A stretch of 63,866 bases of DNA, counting the filler, from Vicugna vicugna (taxonomy: Eukaryota), in assembly GCA_013265495.1 (NCBI GenBank). It is 82 parts of 77 records of this genome, joined end to end, with 100 filler letters (N's around TTAATTAATTAA, not from the genome) between each part and the next. Parts side by side here need not be neighbours in the genome. Positions count along the whole stretch, not along the records: positions 24,946 to 25,793 come from MU058474.1; positions 25,894 to 26,604 come from PNXW01004809.1; positions 26,705 to 27,199 come from PNXW01004810.1; positions 27,300 to 27,780 come from MU058476.1; positions 27,881 to 28,340 come from PNXW01004820.1; positions 28,441 to 29,233 come from MU058480.1; positions 29,334 to 30,748 come from MU058481.1; positions 30,849 to 31,070 come from MU058483.1; 74 more parts are not named here. The stretch is one strand, 5' to 3'. The notes beneath the pieces were generated by a model. It was not told the DNA's origin and ran no database searches. It saw only the letters and a program-made list of their open reading frames with translations. The translations under genes were made by a program, and so were the position numbers. Positions 25,200-36,951 of the stretch are shown here, one piece after another. Positions within the stretch are counted from its first letter, which is position 1, and each line of letters opens with the position of its first letter.

Positions 25200-25545
25200 A
25201 TTCAGGTGTAGAAGAAGTTTATACCATAAAGACATTAATTCTTCCTGCTTTGATAGACAGATTCATTGCAATTCTGATTAGAATTCCTCCCAGATATTTC
25301 ATGGAATGTAACAAGTTAATTCATGGTCAAAAACAGCCAAGAAACTTCTTTAGAACCACCAGTGGGAAGGAGTGGATAGGTCATTCATTTCCACTGGACT
25401 TTCTGATGTGATGAGAACGTTCTGGAATAATAATGGTTGCACAAATGTGAATATGCTAAAAGCTGCTGAATTGTACCATTTAAGTGGGTGGACTTCATGG
25501 TGTGTGAACAATATCACAATAAAGCTGTTATATGAAAAAACCCTT
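25200..25545 (+). mobile_element. Ancient L1M remnants
   Basis: tgatagacagattcattgcaattctgattagaattcc; atggttgcacaaatgtgaatatgctaaaagctgctgaattgtac...caataaagctg. Confidence 0.6.
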
Positions 25546-25893
25546 CTTGCCAATTATTTTTCCCTCTATACTACTAGTCTGTCCCACAATTTAAGAAAAA
25601 CAAANNNNNNNNNNNNNNNNNNNNNNNNNNNNNNNNNNNNNNNNNNNNNNNNNTCCCTGGGTCCGCCTCAGGTGATGCTGTTCCTGTTAACACACACTAG
25701 ATGGGCTGGTCTAGTTAAGGACTGGAAGTATCTTTTTAAGATCGACGCTCTCACGTTTCACCCTGGGAGAGTGAAGGATGGAGGATGTCACAGNNNNNNN
25801 NNNNNNNNNNNNNNNNNNNNNNNNNNNNNNNNNNNNNTTAATTAATTAANNNNNNNNNNNNNNNNNNNNNNNNNNNNNNNNNNNNNNNNNNNN

Positions 25894-26604
25894 GAATTCG
25901 CTCCAAGAGGGTTTTTGTGGGATCAAAGTGTGATTCTACAAACTGGTGATAGGCAGAAACTTCGAAGTCAAAATAATTATTTCATAGTGCTTAGTTAAAT
26001 TGTTTGGTGGTTGAAACATCAGTCATGCGCATGTTCACAACTCAGAAATGCATGTTTGAGGAATCCGTGATGCATGAAACATGCTCGTAATACGGAATTC
26101 CATGGTTATGTAAACAATTAAATTACATGTGTATTGGTGAGAATTCGCTCAAAGAGTGTTTTCTGGTGCCAAATGTCCGATTTAAAACCTGATGATAGGA
26201 AAAACCTATGAAGTCAGAAGAAATATTTCTAAGTCTATATACGCCTTGTTCGGAGGGTGAAAGGTCTGTAATTCACATGCTCACAAGTCAGAAACGCATG
26301 ATTGCCAAATCCGTCATACATGTAACATGTGCGGAACCCGGAATGCCATGTTGTTGGAATACATGTAAATTAAATATCTGTTAGGTGGAAATCGCTCAAG
26401 AACTATTTTTCTGTGAAAAAAGCACGATTTCCAACCTGGTGGCAGGAAAAGCTTGTGAAAATGTGCACACGTGTCTAGATGAAAATATTCCTTTTATAGA
26501 GGATGAAAGATTAGTAATCCACATGCTCTCAACTCAGGAATGCATGTTTGTCAAATCCGTCATGTATGTAGCATGTACGGAACACGGAATATCATGTAGA
26601 TGGA
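25894..26604 (-). repeat. Satellite D, nearly one full unit
   Basis: Reverse complement of the unit in 34995-35922. Confidence 0.92.
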
Positions 26605-26704
26605 NNNNNNNNNNNNNNNNNNNNNNNNNNNNNNNNNNNNNNNNNNNNTTAATTAATTAANNNNNNNNNNNNNNNNNNNNNNNNNNNNNNNNNNNNNNNN
26701 NNNN

Positions 26705-27199
26705 ATCCAGCACAAAGGGATCGGGTTGCAGGAGAAACACTTACTGTGGATTCTCATTTAGTTTCCATGTGCCGGTTTGAAGTCCCTGCCGTTTTCACTG
26801 TAAAACCGTGTTAGAGCTTGTACCTCCCCATATATATGTATGGAGTGGAGTTGGCAACTGAAAAGAAACTTTGTGTTCCCTTCAAGCTAGGTGAAGGACG
26901 GCTTTCACACACACTTATCTCTCAGAACTGATGGAGAGACGTTCGTTCATCCAGCACAAAGGGAACGGGTTGCAGGAGAAACACTTCCTCTGCTTTCTCA
27001 GTGTGTTTCCTAGTGTCGGTTTGAAGTGCCTGCCGTTTTCACTGTAAAACCGAGTTGGAGCTTGTACCTCCCCATATATATGTATGGAGTGCAGTTCGCA
27101 ACTGAAAAGAAACTTTGTGTTCCCTTCCAGCTAGGTGAAGGATGGCCTTTACAAACAGTTATGTCTCAGAACTGAGCATGTGGAGAGACGTTCGTTCAT
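26705..27199 (-). repeat. Satellite B, two monomers
   Basis: atccagcacaaagggaacgggttgcaggagaaacac repeated. Confidence 0.93.
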
Positions 27200-27299
27200 N
27201 NNNNNNNNNNNNNNNNNNNNNNNNNNNNNNNNNNNNNNNNNNNTTAATTAATTAANNNNNNNNNNNNNNNNNNNNNNNNNNNNNNNNNNNNNNNNNNNN

Positions 27300-27780
27300 T
27301 GTGTACCAATGATAAAGCAACCACACTGGTCGCGTGGTTGAGATAACCGATATATCCCATGGCCACACCCAGCGCATCTGCAGGACCAGGGACCAATTGG
27401 GCATTTTGCCATAGAGCACGTGTGGGGCTGAATCAGAGCTATCGTGCATCCTGGTCTGAGGGATCCAGGGGNNNNNNNNNNNNNNNNNNNNNNNNNNNNN
27501 NNNNNNNNNNNNNNNNNNNNNNNNNNNNNNNNNNNNNNNNNNNNNNNNNNNNNNNNNNNNNNNNNNNNNNNNNNNNNNNNNNNNNNNNNNNNNNTGCACC
27601 CGTGAAGATTAGAGGACAAGGAATAGTGGTCCAAGTCCACAGCATGAGAAGAGGAAGCATTTCCTTCAGCACTATCTCCCAAAAGCGGATGCTACATTTT
27701 AGATGGCACCAGCACGGTACGGCACAGAGGACAATAAGGTAGGTCTGCGGGATCATTCCATCAGGCCCTGATGTGTGACA
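27300..27780 (+). repeat. Unclassified multicopy family F, copy 1
   Basis: Homologous to 32841-33309 and 47700-48000 (ggtctgcgggatcattcca, ccaagtccacagcatgagaag). Confidence 0.85.
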
Positions 27781-27880
27781 NNNNNNNNNNNNNNNNNNNN
27801 NNNNNNNNNNNNNNNNNNNNNNNNTTAATTAATTAANNNNNNNNNNNNNNNNNNNNNNNNNNNNNNNNNNNNNNNNNNNN

Positions 27881-28340
27881 ATTTAACAAAAATTTACAAG
27901 ATTTGTACATTGAAAATTTGAAGTACCACCAAAATGAATTTTAAAAGATCTACTTATATGGAAGACATCCCATTTTCATGGAAATATAGACAATATAATT
28001 AAAAATGTTAAGACTCCCCAAAGTGATCTACATATTCAGTGGAATCCCTATCAAAATTCCAGCTGACTTCTTTGCAAAAATTGACAAACTGATCTCAAAA
28101 TTCATATGGACGTGCAAGGGGCCCAGGACAGTCAAAACAACCTTGAAAAAGAAGAGCAAAGTTGGAGGACTCACTTTAAAGGGTACTAAAAATATAGTAC
28201 CCAAGTCAGTATGGTGCTGGCATAAGTTTGGATAAATAAATCTATGAGACACAATAAAAACCCAGGGGGAAATAATTTACATTTACAGACAGTTATCCAC
28301 AAGGGTGCCAACAACACTCCATTGAAAGAATAGTCTATTC
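27881..28340 (+). mobile_element. Old LINE-1 ORF2 fragment
   Basis: LPKVIYIFSGIPIKIPADFFAKIDKLISKFIW...KKSKVGGLTL is an L1 ORF2 post-RT motif. Confidence 0.92.
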
Positions 28341-28440
28341 NNNNNNNNNNNNNNNNNNNNNNNNNNNNNNNNNNNNNNNNNNNNTTAATTAATTAANNNN
28401 NNNNNNNNNNNNNNNNNNNNNNNNNNNNNNNNNNNNNNNN

Positions 28441-29233
28441 TATTTCCTTCAGTAATTTGATCACTCCTTTTTTAAAATCTTGATCAAGTAGGCTATCAAT
28501 GTCTATTTCACTGATCATTTTTTCAGGGGATTTCTCTTGTTCTTTTAATTGTGAATGGTTTCTCTGCTTCTTCATCTTGCTCCTACCTCTCTGGCACTGT
28601 GGTTTATGGAGTAAGAGATATCTAATGTGGTCCTAAGGGAGTTCCTCTACCTAGTGTCTATGTAGTAATACAACTTAGAAAAGAGAAAAAAGAGAGAGAG
28701 AGACAAGGAATTTTAAANNNNNNNNNNNNNNNNNNNNNNNNNNNNNNNNNNNNNNNNNNNNNNNNNNNNNNNNNNNNNNNNNNNNNNNNNNNNNNNNNNN
28801 NNNNNNNNNNNNNNNNNNNNNNNNNNNNNNNNNNNNNNNNNNNNNNNNNNNNNNNNNNNNTGTATAATTGCCAAAGAAGTGAAAATTTTAGGGTAACAGA
28901 AAATGGAACAGGTAAAAACAGATTAAAACAACGAGGTGGTCTGTGTCCTCCTGGAGACTGTGTTCATTTAATGTGAAGTCTTTCTGTATTCATCCTGTTT
29001 TGGAAGTTCATCTTCCTGTTTTCAGAGGCCCTCCACTGGAGCCCTCAACTGTGCCACTCCCAGTGCCTGTCGGCAAGCAGATCGCTCCTGCCCCAAACTC
29101 TGCGTCTGGAACAGATCTCTTTATTTTGGGCTGGCTTGTCACTGCCCCGCCTGATACTGCAGTGAGATGTTGCAGGCTGACCAGGCTCGAGTGGGCATCA
29201 TGCCCTCTCCTAGCACCATGTTCAGGGGCTACA
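28441..29233 (-). mobile_element. LINE-1 5' UTR and ORF1 N-terminus (older copy)
   Basis: MKKQRNHSQLKEQEKSPEK...DQDFKKGVIKLLKE from 28575; 5' UTR homologous to 30436-30748. Confidence 0.9.
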
Positions 29234-29333
29234 NNNNNNNNNNNNNNNNNNNNNNNNNNNNNNNNNNNNNNNNNNNNTTAATTAATTAANNNNNNNNNNN
29301 NNNNNNNNNNNNNNNNNNNNNNNNNNNNNNNNN

Positions 29334-30748
29334 CCCTTTGATCCTTCTTCCCCTTCTGGGACCCCTATTATGCGAAGAATGGGATGCTTTGTATTATCCC
29401 ATAGGTCCCTTATTCTATTATCATTATTTTTTATTTGCTTATCTTGTAGTTCTTCTGAATGGGTGCTTTCTGTTGCCCTGTCTTCTAGATCACTAATTCG
29501 TTCCTCTGCATTAACTAGTTGGCTTTGCACAGCTGTTAGATCATTCCTCATCTCTGTCATTAAGTTTTCCCATTTTGCTTGGCTCTTCTTTATAGCTTCA
29601 ATTTCATTTTTGACATATTTTATTTCTCTAAGCATTATCTCTTTTAATTCCTTCAGCAATTTGATCACTCCTTTTTTGAAATCTTGATCTAGTAGGCTAT
29701 CGATGTCTATTTCATTGAGCTTTCTTTCAGGGGATTCNNNNNNNNNNNNNNNNNNNNNNNNNNNNNNNNNNNNNNNNNNNNNNNNNNNNNNNNNNNNNNN
29801 NNNNNNNNNNNNNNNNNNNNNNNNNNNNNNNNNNNNNNNNNNNNNNNNNNNNNNNNNNNNNNNNNNNNNNNNNNNNNNNNNNNNNNNNNNNNNNNNNNNN
29901 NNNNNNNNNNNNNNNNNNNNNNNNNNNNNNNNNNNNNNNNNNNNNNNNNNNNNNNNNNNNNNNNNNNNNNNNNNNNNNNNNNNNNNNNNNNNNNNNNNNN
30001 NNNNNNNNNNNNNNNNNNNNNNNNNNNNNNNNNNNNNNNNNNNNNNNNNNNNNNNNNNNNNNNNNNNNNNNNNNNNNNNNNNNNNNNNNNNNNNNNNNNN
30101 NNNNNNNNNNNNNNNNNNNNNNNNNNNNNNNNNNNNNNNNNNNNNNNNNNNNNNNNNNNNNNNNNNNNNNNNNNNNNNNNNNNNNNNNNNNNNNNNNNNN
30201 NNNNNNNNNNNNNNNNNNNNNNNNNNNNNNNNNNNNNNNNNNNNNNNNNNNNNNNNNNNNNNNNNNNNNNNNNNNNNNNNNNNNNNNNNNNNNNNNNNNN
30301 NNNNNNNNNNNNNNNNNNNNNNNNNNNNNNNNNNNNNNNNNNNNNNNNNNNNNNNNNNNNNNNNNNNNNNNNNNNNNNNNNNNNNNNNNNNNNNNNNNNN
30401 NNNNNNNNNNNNNNNNNNNNNNNNNNNNNNNNNNNCGGGCGGGCGGGTCACTGCCCCTCCGGATGCCGCAGTCAGATGTTGCAGACTGGCCAGGCAGGAG
30501 GGCGGGTCGTGTCCCCTCCCAGCACCTCGATCAGGGGTTGTGTTCCTGCCCGACAGGCGGGGGGCCGCTCTCCCTCTGCCTGCGCTGCTGGTAGCTCCGC
30601 TGCTCTGTGCGGCTGCGAGCTCTGCGCCGGCGCTCCGCCCTAGTCACGCTCCGCCCCGTTCGGCGCTCCGCGGGTGGGCTTGGGAAGACCGAGGAGCAGC
30701 CTTGTCCGTGCTCCGAGCCAAGACCCAGCTGCTTGTTTGTCTTTGTGG
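29334..30748 (-). mobile_element. Young LINE-1: CpG-rich 5' UTR and open ORF1 segment
   Basis: 29334-29737 uninterrupted: ...AEERISDLED...IRDLWDNTKHPILRIIGVPEGEE, characteristic of L1 ORF1p. Confidence 0.95.
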
Positions 30749-31047
30749 NNNNNNNNNNNNNNNNNNNNNNNNNNNNNNNNNNNNNNNNNNNNTTAATTAA
30801 TTAANNNNNNNNNNNNNNNNNNNNNNNNNNNNNNNNNNNNNNNNNNNNCTATCAGAGTGGTCTCTCCTAACCAAAAATATTTCTGCCTGCATTACCTACC
30901 CATTGCTGGCCCAAGACACTGGGTAACACTTCCAACAGTTAGACTGAAGGTTCAAAGTTGGAGACCAAAGGCCCAAAATTTACTGTTAAGGTCTTGACAA
31001 AGCCAAGAGTTCAAGAGCTAAGTAAATGCAGAAATTAAGTGAGAAGC

Positions 31048-31070
31048 AAAAAAAAAAAAAAAAAAAAAAA
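31048..31070 (+). repeat. Poly(A) run at scaffold end
   Basis: About 23 consecutive A. Confidence 0.9.
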
Positions 31071-31170
31071 NNNNNNNNNNNNNNNNNNNNNNNNNNNNNN
31101 NNNNNNNNNNNNNNTTAATTAATTAANNNNNNNNNNNNNNNNNNNNNNNNNNNNNNNNNNNNNNNNNNNN

Positions 31171-31892
31171 TGGCCTCAAAGCATCGGCCTCCTGAGAGTA
31201 GGCCATGACCTGAGGGCCGGTCGGACATCTTCCAGATCTGTCCAGCGCCTTCCCACCTGCCAGGGCTGCCCTGCTTTCCCAACGCAAACAGAAACGACAG
31301 GGTAGACGCGGGGTTTAGGGACTACTAACGTGAGGGGGTGGGGGATCACCACGAACCAACGGGGCGGCTCCCATCGCCCCAGGGCCCAAAAGGGCCGAGC
31401 GGCCCAGGACACAGGAACGCACCCCTACCTGTGCGCCTCCCCAACGGCGCAGCCAAGGCCACACCAGCCAGCTCCACGACCTGCGCTCCCACACCAGCAC
31501 CCCCTTACCTACCCGCTGGTGGCAGGGGAGGCGAAGGCAATAGGCGGCCAAGTACCCTGGCCGCCTTCTTCCTCGGGAGCGGGTCACAGGAGCGCCCCGC
31601 TCCCACCAAGCTTCCACACGCTCTGGGTGGGCTCCCTCGTCCGTGTGTACCTGCGTCCGCGCCCCTCCTCCTCCTAACGGAAGCACGGACTTTCGGGCTG
31701 TGGGGGGCTCGGGATTGGAGCTGCACCGTGCTAGCGCGGGGATTGGCTAACCAAGCTTCCACACGCTCTGGGTGGGCTCCCTCGTCCGTGTGTACCTGCG
31801 TCCGCGCCCCTCCTCCTCCTAACGGAAGCACGGACTTTCGGGCTGTGGGGGGCTCGGGATTGGAGCTGCACCGTGCTAGCGCGGGGATTGGC
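31171..31892 (-). promoter_or_regulatory. CpG-island promoter and probable non-coding first exon on minus strand
   Basis: CpG-rich; GCCAATC on minus (31741-31747), CTTCCG ETS core, strong minus-strand donor TAG|gtaagg near 31507. Confidence 0.6.
31605..31892. repeat. Exact 143 bp tandem duplication (period 145)
   Basis: 31605-31747 equals 31750-31892; second copy ends at scaffold end. Confidence 0.92.
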
Positions 31893-31992
31893 NNNNNNNN
31901 NNNNNNNNNNNNNNNNNNNNNNNNNNNNNNNNNNNNTTAATTAATTAANNNNNNNNNNNNNNNNNNNNNNNNNNNNNNNNNNNNNNNNNNNN

Positions 31993-32740
31993 CAGAGATA
32001 AAGGGGGATATTGATGGGAATACAAACATAGTTGGAGTATTTAACACTACGTTAACATCAATAGACAAATCTTCCAGACAGAAAATAAACAAGGCAACAG
32101 AGAAATTAAATACTACAATAGAAAAACTAGATTTGGTGGATATTTTCAGAGCATTACACCCCCCAAAAATAGGATATACATTCTTTTCAANNNNNNNNNN
32201 NNNNNNNNNNNNNNNNNNNNNNNNNNNNNNNNNNNNNNNNNNNNNNNNNNNNNNNNNNNNNNNNNNNNNNNNNNNNNNNNNNNNNNNNNNNNNNNNNNNN
32301 NNNNNNNNNNNNNNNNNNNNNNNNNNNNNNNNNNNNNNNNNNNNNNNNNNNNNNNNNNNNNNNNNNNNNNNNNNNNNNNNNNNNNNNNNNNNNNNNNNNN
32401 NNNNNNNNNNNNNNNNNNNNNNNNNNNNNNNNNNNNNNNNNNNNNNNNNNNNNNNNNNNNNNNNNNNNNNNNNNNNNNNNNNNNNNNNNNNNNNNNNNNN
32501 NNNNNNNNNNNNNNNNNNNNNNNNNNNNNNNNNNNNNNNNNNNNNNNNNNNNNNNNNNNNNNNNNNACCACCTGAATAGAAAAACAACAAAAAGCCCCAA
32601 AAAGCAGCAGAAGGAAGGAAATAATAAAGATCAGAGAGGAATTAAATACAATAGGGATTAACAAGACCACAGAAAAAAATGAAATAAACCAAAATCTGGT
32701 TTTTTGAAAAAGTAAAGAAAATCGACAAACCTCTGGCCAA
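31993..32740 (+). mobile_element. LINE-1 ORF2 endonuclease region, gapped
   Basis: NTNIVGVFNTTLTSIDKSSRQKINK...DLVDIFRALHPPKIGYTFFS; SRRKEIIKIREELN; KIDKPLA. Confidence 0.95.
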
Positions 32741-32840
32741 NNNNNNNNNNNNNNNNNNNNNNNNNNNNNNNNNNNNNNNNNNNNTTAATTAATTAANNNN
32801 NNNNNNNNNNNNNNNNNNNNNNNNNNNNNNNNNNNNNNNN

Positions 32841-33309
32841 CATTTTGCCAATAGAGCACGTGTGGGGCTGAATTAGAGATATCGTGCATTTGGTCTGAAG
32901 GATCCAGGGGGCCTTCGTTTTGATATCAGAATGAAAAGCCTTAGGATCTGCTACATTCATAACCTGGGCTGGGATTATGGTTTGGTTTGAGGCACAGGAT
33001 GCACAACAGCTCTGTAGTTGTCTTCGTGCACCTGTGCCACAAGAATGAGAGGACAAGGAAGAGTGGTCCAAGTCCACAGCATGAGAAGTTGAAGCATTTC
33101 CTTCAGCATTATCTCCAGAATGAAGCTGCTACATTTTGGATGGCACGGTACGGCACCGAGGACACCAAGGTCGGTCTGCGGGATCATTCCAGCAGGCCCT
33201 GATGTGTGACATCCATGGATGTGCTTCCACTGGTGTTTCAGTAGACAGAGAAGCTCTGGGAATGTATCATTGGGACATTCCCGTGGCACTACAAAGCACA
33301 AGCGCACTC
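32841..33309 (+). repeat. Unclassified multicopy family F, copy 2
   Basis: Spans the segment that is gapped in copy 1 and overlaps copy 3. Confidence 0.85.
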
Positions 33310-33409
33310 NNNNNNNNNNNNNNNNNNNNNNNNNNNNNNNNNNNNNNNNNNNNTTAATTAATTAANNNNNNNNNNNNNNNNNNNNNNNNNNNNNNNNNNN
33401 NNNNNNNNN

Positions 33410-33691
33410 AAAAAACGCAGGGGAGACGAGCTTTGGCATTCCGTTTGAACCCACACGCTGGGGACCTTTGGTGGAACTTCCCCACGCTCAGGATTCCGTA
33501 ACCATTGTCAGTGCGTGGGGGAGCTCGAGAGACAACTCCACGCAGCTCTCTTCAGTCACAGGTGTTCCCTGTTCGGGGAAGTCCGAGAAATAACTTCCCT
33601 GACCTTTGAGAGGCAGCTACTGACATTGGGAAATGCTGCAATCAGGCCTAGCATTCCCTGGCACAGAGACATTTGGAAAACCCGCAGGGGA
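33410..33691 (+). repeat. Satellite A, one monomer
   Basis: ggggagctcgagagacaactccacgcagctctcttcagtcacagg. Confidence 0.93.
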
Positions 33692-33791
33692 NNNNNNNNN
33701 NNNNNNNNNNNNNNNNNNNNNNNNNNNNNNNNNNNTTAATTAATTAANNNNNNNNNNNNNNNNNNNNNNNNNNNNNNNNNNNNNNNNNNNN

Positions 33792-34298
33792 AGTTTCTTT
33801 TCAGTTGCCAACTCCACTCCATACATATACATGCGGTGGTACAAGCTCCACTCGGTTTTACAGTGAAAACGACTGGCACTTCAAACCGGCACTAGGAAAG
33901 AGACTGAGAAACCAGAGTAAGTGTTTCTCCTGCAACCCGTTCCCTTTGTGCTGGATGAACGAACGTCTCTCCACATGCTCANNNNNNNNNNNNNNNNNNN
34001 NNNNNNNNNNNNNNNNNNNNNNNNNNNNNNNNNNNNNNNNNNNNNNNNNNNNNNNNNNNNNNNNNNNNNNNNNNNNNNNNNNNNNNNNNNNNNNNNNNNN
34101 NNNNNNNNNNNNNNNNNNNNNNNNNNNNNNNNNNNNNNNNNNNNNNNNNNNNNNNNNNNNNNNNNNNNNNNNNNNNNNNNNNNNNNNNNNNNNNNNNNNN
34201 NNNNNNNNNNNNNATATATATGGTACAAGCTCCGACTCGGTTAAAAGTGAAAGAGGCAGGCACTTCTAACCGGCATTAGGAAACAAACTGAGAATCCA
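33792..34298 (+). repeat. Satellite B
   Basis: cttcaaaccggcactaggaaa...gtgctggatgaacgaacg. Confidence 0.93.
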
Positions 34299-34398
34299 NN
34301 NNNNNNNNNNNNNNNNNNNNNNNNNNNNNNNNNNNNNNNNNNTTAATTAATTAANNNNNNNNNNNNNNNNNNNNNNNNNNNNNNNNNNNNNNNNNNNN

Positions 34399-34894
34399 AA
34401 GAGGGTTTTTCTGGGATCAAAGTGTGATTCTTGACACTGGAGTAAGAAGATGCTACCAAGTCAAAGTAAACATTTCAGAGTGCATAGGTAACTTGTTTGG
34501 TGGTTGAAACATCAGTCATGCGCATGTTCACAACTCAGAAATGCATGTTTGAGGAATCCGTGATGCATGAAACATGTTCGTAATACGGNNNNNNNNNNNN
34601 NNNNNNNNNNNNNNNNNNNNNNNNNNNNNNNNNNNNNNNNNNNNNNNNNNNNNNNNNNNNNNNNNNNNNNNNNNNNNNNNNNNNNNNNNNNNNNNNNNNN
34701 NNNNNNNNNNNNNNNNNNNNNNNNNNNNNNNNNNNNNNNNNNNNNNNNNNNNNNNNNNNNNNNNNNNNNNNNNNNNNNNNNNNNNNNNNNNNNNNNCGAA
34801 TCCGTCATACATGTAGCATGTACGGAAACTGGGAATGGCATGTTGTTGTAATGCATGTAAATTGCATATCTGTTAGGTGGAAATCGCCCCAGAA
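34399..34894 (-). repeat. Satellite D
   Basis: Matches 25894-26604. Confidence 0.9.
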
Positions 34895-34994
34895 NNNNNN
34901 NNNNNNNNNNNNNNNNNNNNNNNNNNNNNNNNNNNNNNTTAATTAATTAANNNNNNNNNNNNNNNNNNNNNNNNNNNNNNNNNNNNNNNNNNNN

Positions 34995-35922
34995 CAGATA
35001 TGGAATTTACATGAATTCCTTCAACATGGCATTCCGGGTATCGTACATGCTAAATGTATAACGGATTCGGCATTCATGCGTTTCTGACATGTGAGCATGT
35101 GGATTACTGACCTTTAATCCACCAAACAAGGCATATATACAGTTAGAAACATTTACTTTGACTTCATAGATTTTTCTATCACCAGGTTCTAAAATCGGAC
35201 ATTTGGCACCAGAATAAACTGTTTGAGCGATTTCTAACCAATACACATGTAGTTTACATTGTTTACATAACCATGGAATTCCGTACTACGAGCATGTTTC
35301 ATGCATCACGGATTCCTCAAACATGAATTTCTGAGTTGTGAACATGCACATGACTGATGTTTCCACAATCAAGCATGTTACTTATGCACTCTGAAATATT
35401 AACTTTGACTTTGTAGCTTCTTCCTATCACCAGTTTCAAGAATCACACTTTTATCCCACAAAACCCTCTTGGAGCGAATACTTCCCTAGACATTTGTAAT
35501 TTGAATAGATCCCATCTACATGATATGCCGTGTTCCGTACATGCTAGATACATGACGGATTTGACAAACATGCATTCCTGAGTTGAGAGCATGTGGATTA
35601 CTAATCTTTCATACTCTATAAAAGGAATATTTTCATCTAGACACGTGTACACATTTTCACAAGCTTTCCCTAACACCAGGTTCGAATTCGTGCATTTTTC
35701 ACAAAAAAATATTTCTGGAGCGATTTCCACCTAATAGGAATGTAATTTACATGAATTCCATCAACATGACATTCCGGGTTCCGTACATGCTACATGTATG
35801 ATGGACGGCAATCATGCATTTCTGACTTCTGAGCATGTGGATTACTGAACTTTCATCCACTAAACAATGCATATATCCACTTAGAATTATTTACTCTAAC
35901 TTCATAGATTTTTCTATCACCA
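34995..35922 (+). repeat. Satellite D, more than one full 738 bp unit
   Basis: Subunit marker at 35093, 35340, 35587, 35831; first and fourth most alike. Confidence 0.93.
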
Positions 35923-36323
35923 NNNNNNNNNNNNNNNNNNNNNNNNNNNNNNNNNNNNNNNNNNNNTTAATTAATTAANNNNNNNNNNNNNNNNNNNNNN
36001 NNNNNNNNNNNNNNNNNNNNNNAAGCCAGGAACGTGACTTGCTTGGCTGTGAACACCCTCCAAGTCGTAGCTTCTCAGCCCTCCCCAACTCTTGTCCCTG
36101 TAACGAGGCCTCTTCCCACGTCCCAGTTACTGGCTCGCGTCTGTCCGTGCGTGGGACAGCCCCACCCTGTGCGCAGGCAGTGCTGGCCCTGCTCATGTGC
36201 CTGCTGCTGCCTGCCAGCCCTTTCTTCTCACCTGCTCCAACCTGGACATGTGGACCGGCCGGGCCCCTGGAAGCTGCCTCACCTCAGTCCTTGGTCCCTT
36301 CCATTTCAAGCTCCTCTCCCCTC

Positions 36324-36380
36324 CCCCAACTACTCCAGATGAGGTTCTCACACCCCAACTACTCCAGATGAGGTTCTCAC
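36324..36380. repeat. 28 bp tandem duplication
   Basis: ccccaactactccagatgaggttctcac twice, period 29. Confidence 0.9.
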
Positions 36381-36951
36381 GCGGCCAGCAGCTCAGAAGT
36401 ATAGTTAGGAAGAGATATGAGTTTAGAATCCAGTGGAGATGCCCTGGCTCCCAACTGGAAGCAAGTTACTTTACTCCTCTGAACTTCATCTTCCTAATTT
36501 GCAGAATGATGTCCATCTCACAGGGCCGCTGAAAACAGGAGTGCACATTTCAGACCCTCATTTTTGATGTGTGAATGTATGTGTACATGACACACGTCAC
36601 AGAGAACCTGGCATGCAGATGGGGCGCAGGACCTGGAGGTGTGAACACTGCGGTGGATGCGGGAGGAGGCCCTCAGTCCCCGCTCTGCCCTGGGGTTTCA
36701 CCCCCTCTTCTGCCAGGGACCCCTCCCCACAGACGCCCGAAGATGCTTGGGCCTGTGTGCCGGGCATGTGGGGCTGGGAGTGTGGACCTTGGGGGAGGCC
36801 TGCAGCCCGGCTCACGGCTCAGAGGGAGGGAGCGGTCTGCACACACTTCCCNNNNNNNNNNNNNNNNNNNNNNNNNNNNNNNNNNNNNNNNNNNNTTAAT
36901 TAATTAANNNNNNNNNNNNNNNNNNNNNNNNNNNNNNNNNNNNNNNNNNNN

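Noticed and set aside
31315..31940. Pro-rich ORFs as retroviral gag
   Set aside because: No gag motifs; CpG-island composition with CCAAT and a splice donor explains it better.
33572..33588. CENP-B box in satellite A (TTCGGGGAAGTCCGA)
   Set aside because: Only 7 of 9 core positions match.
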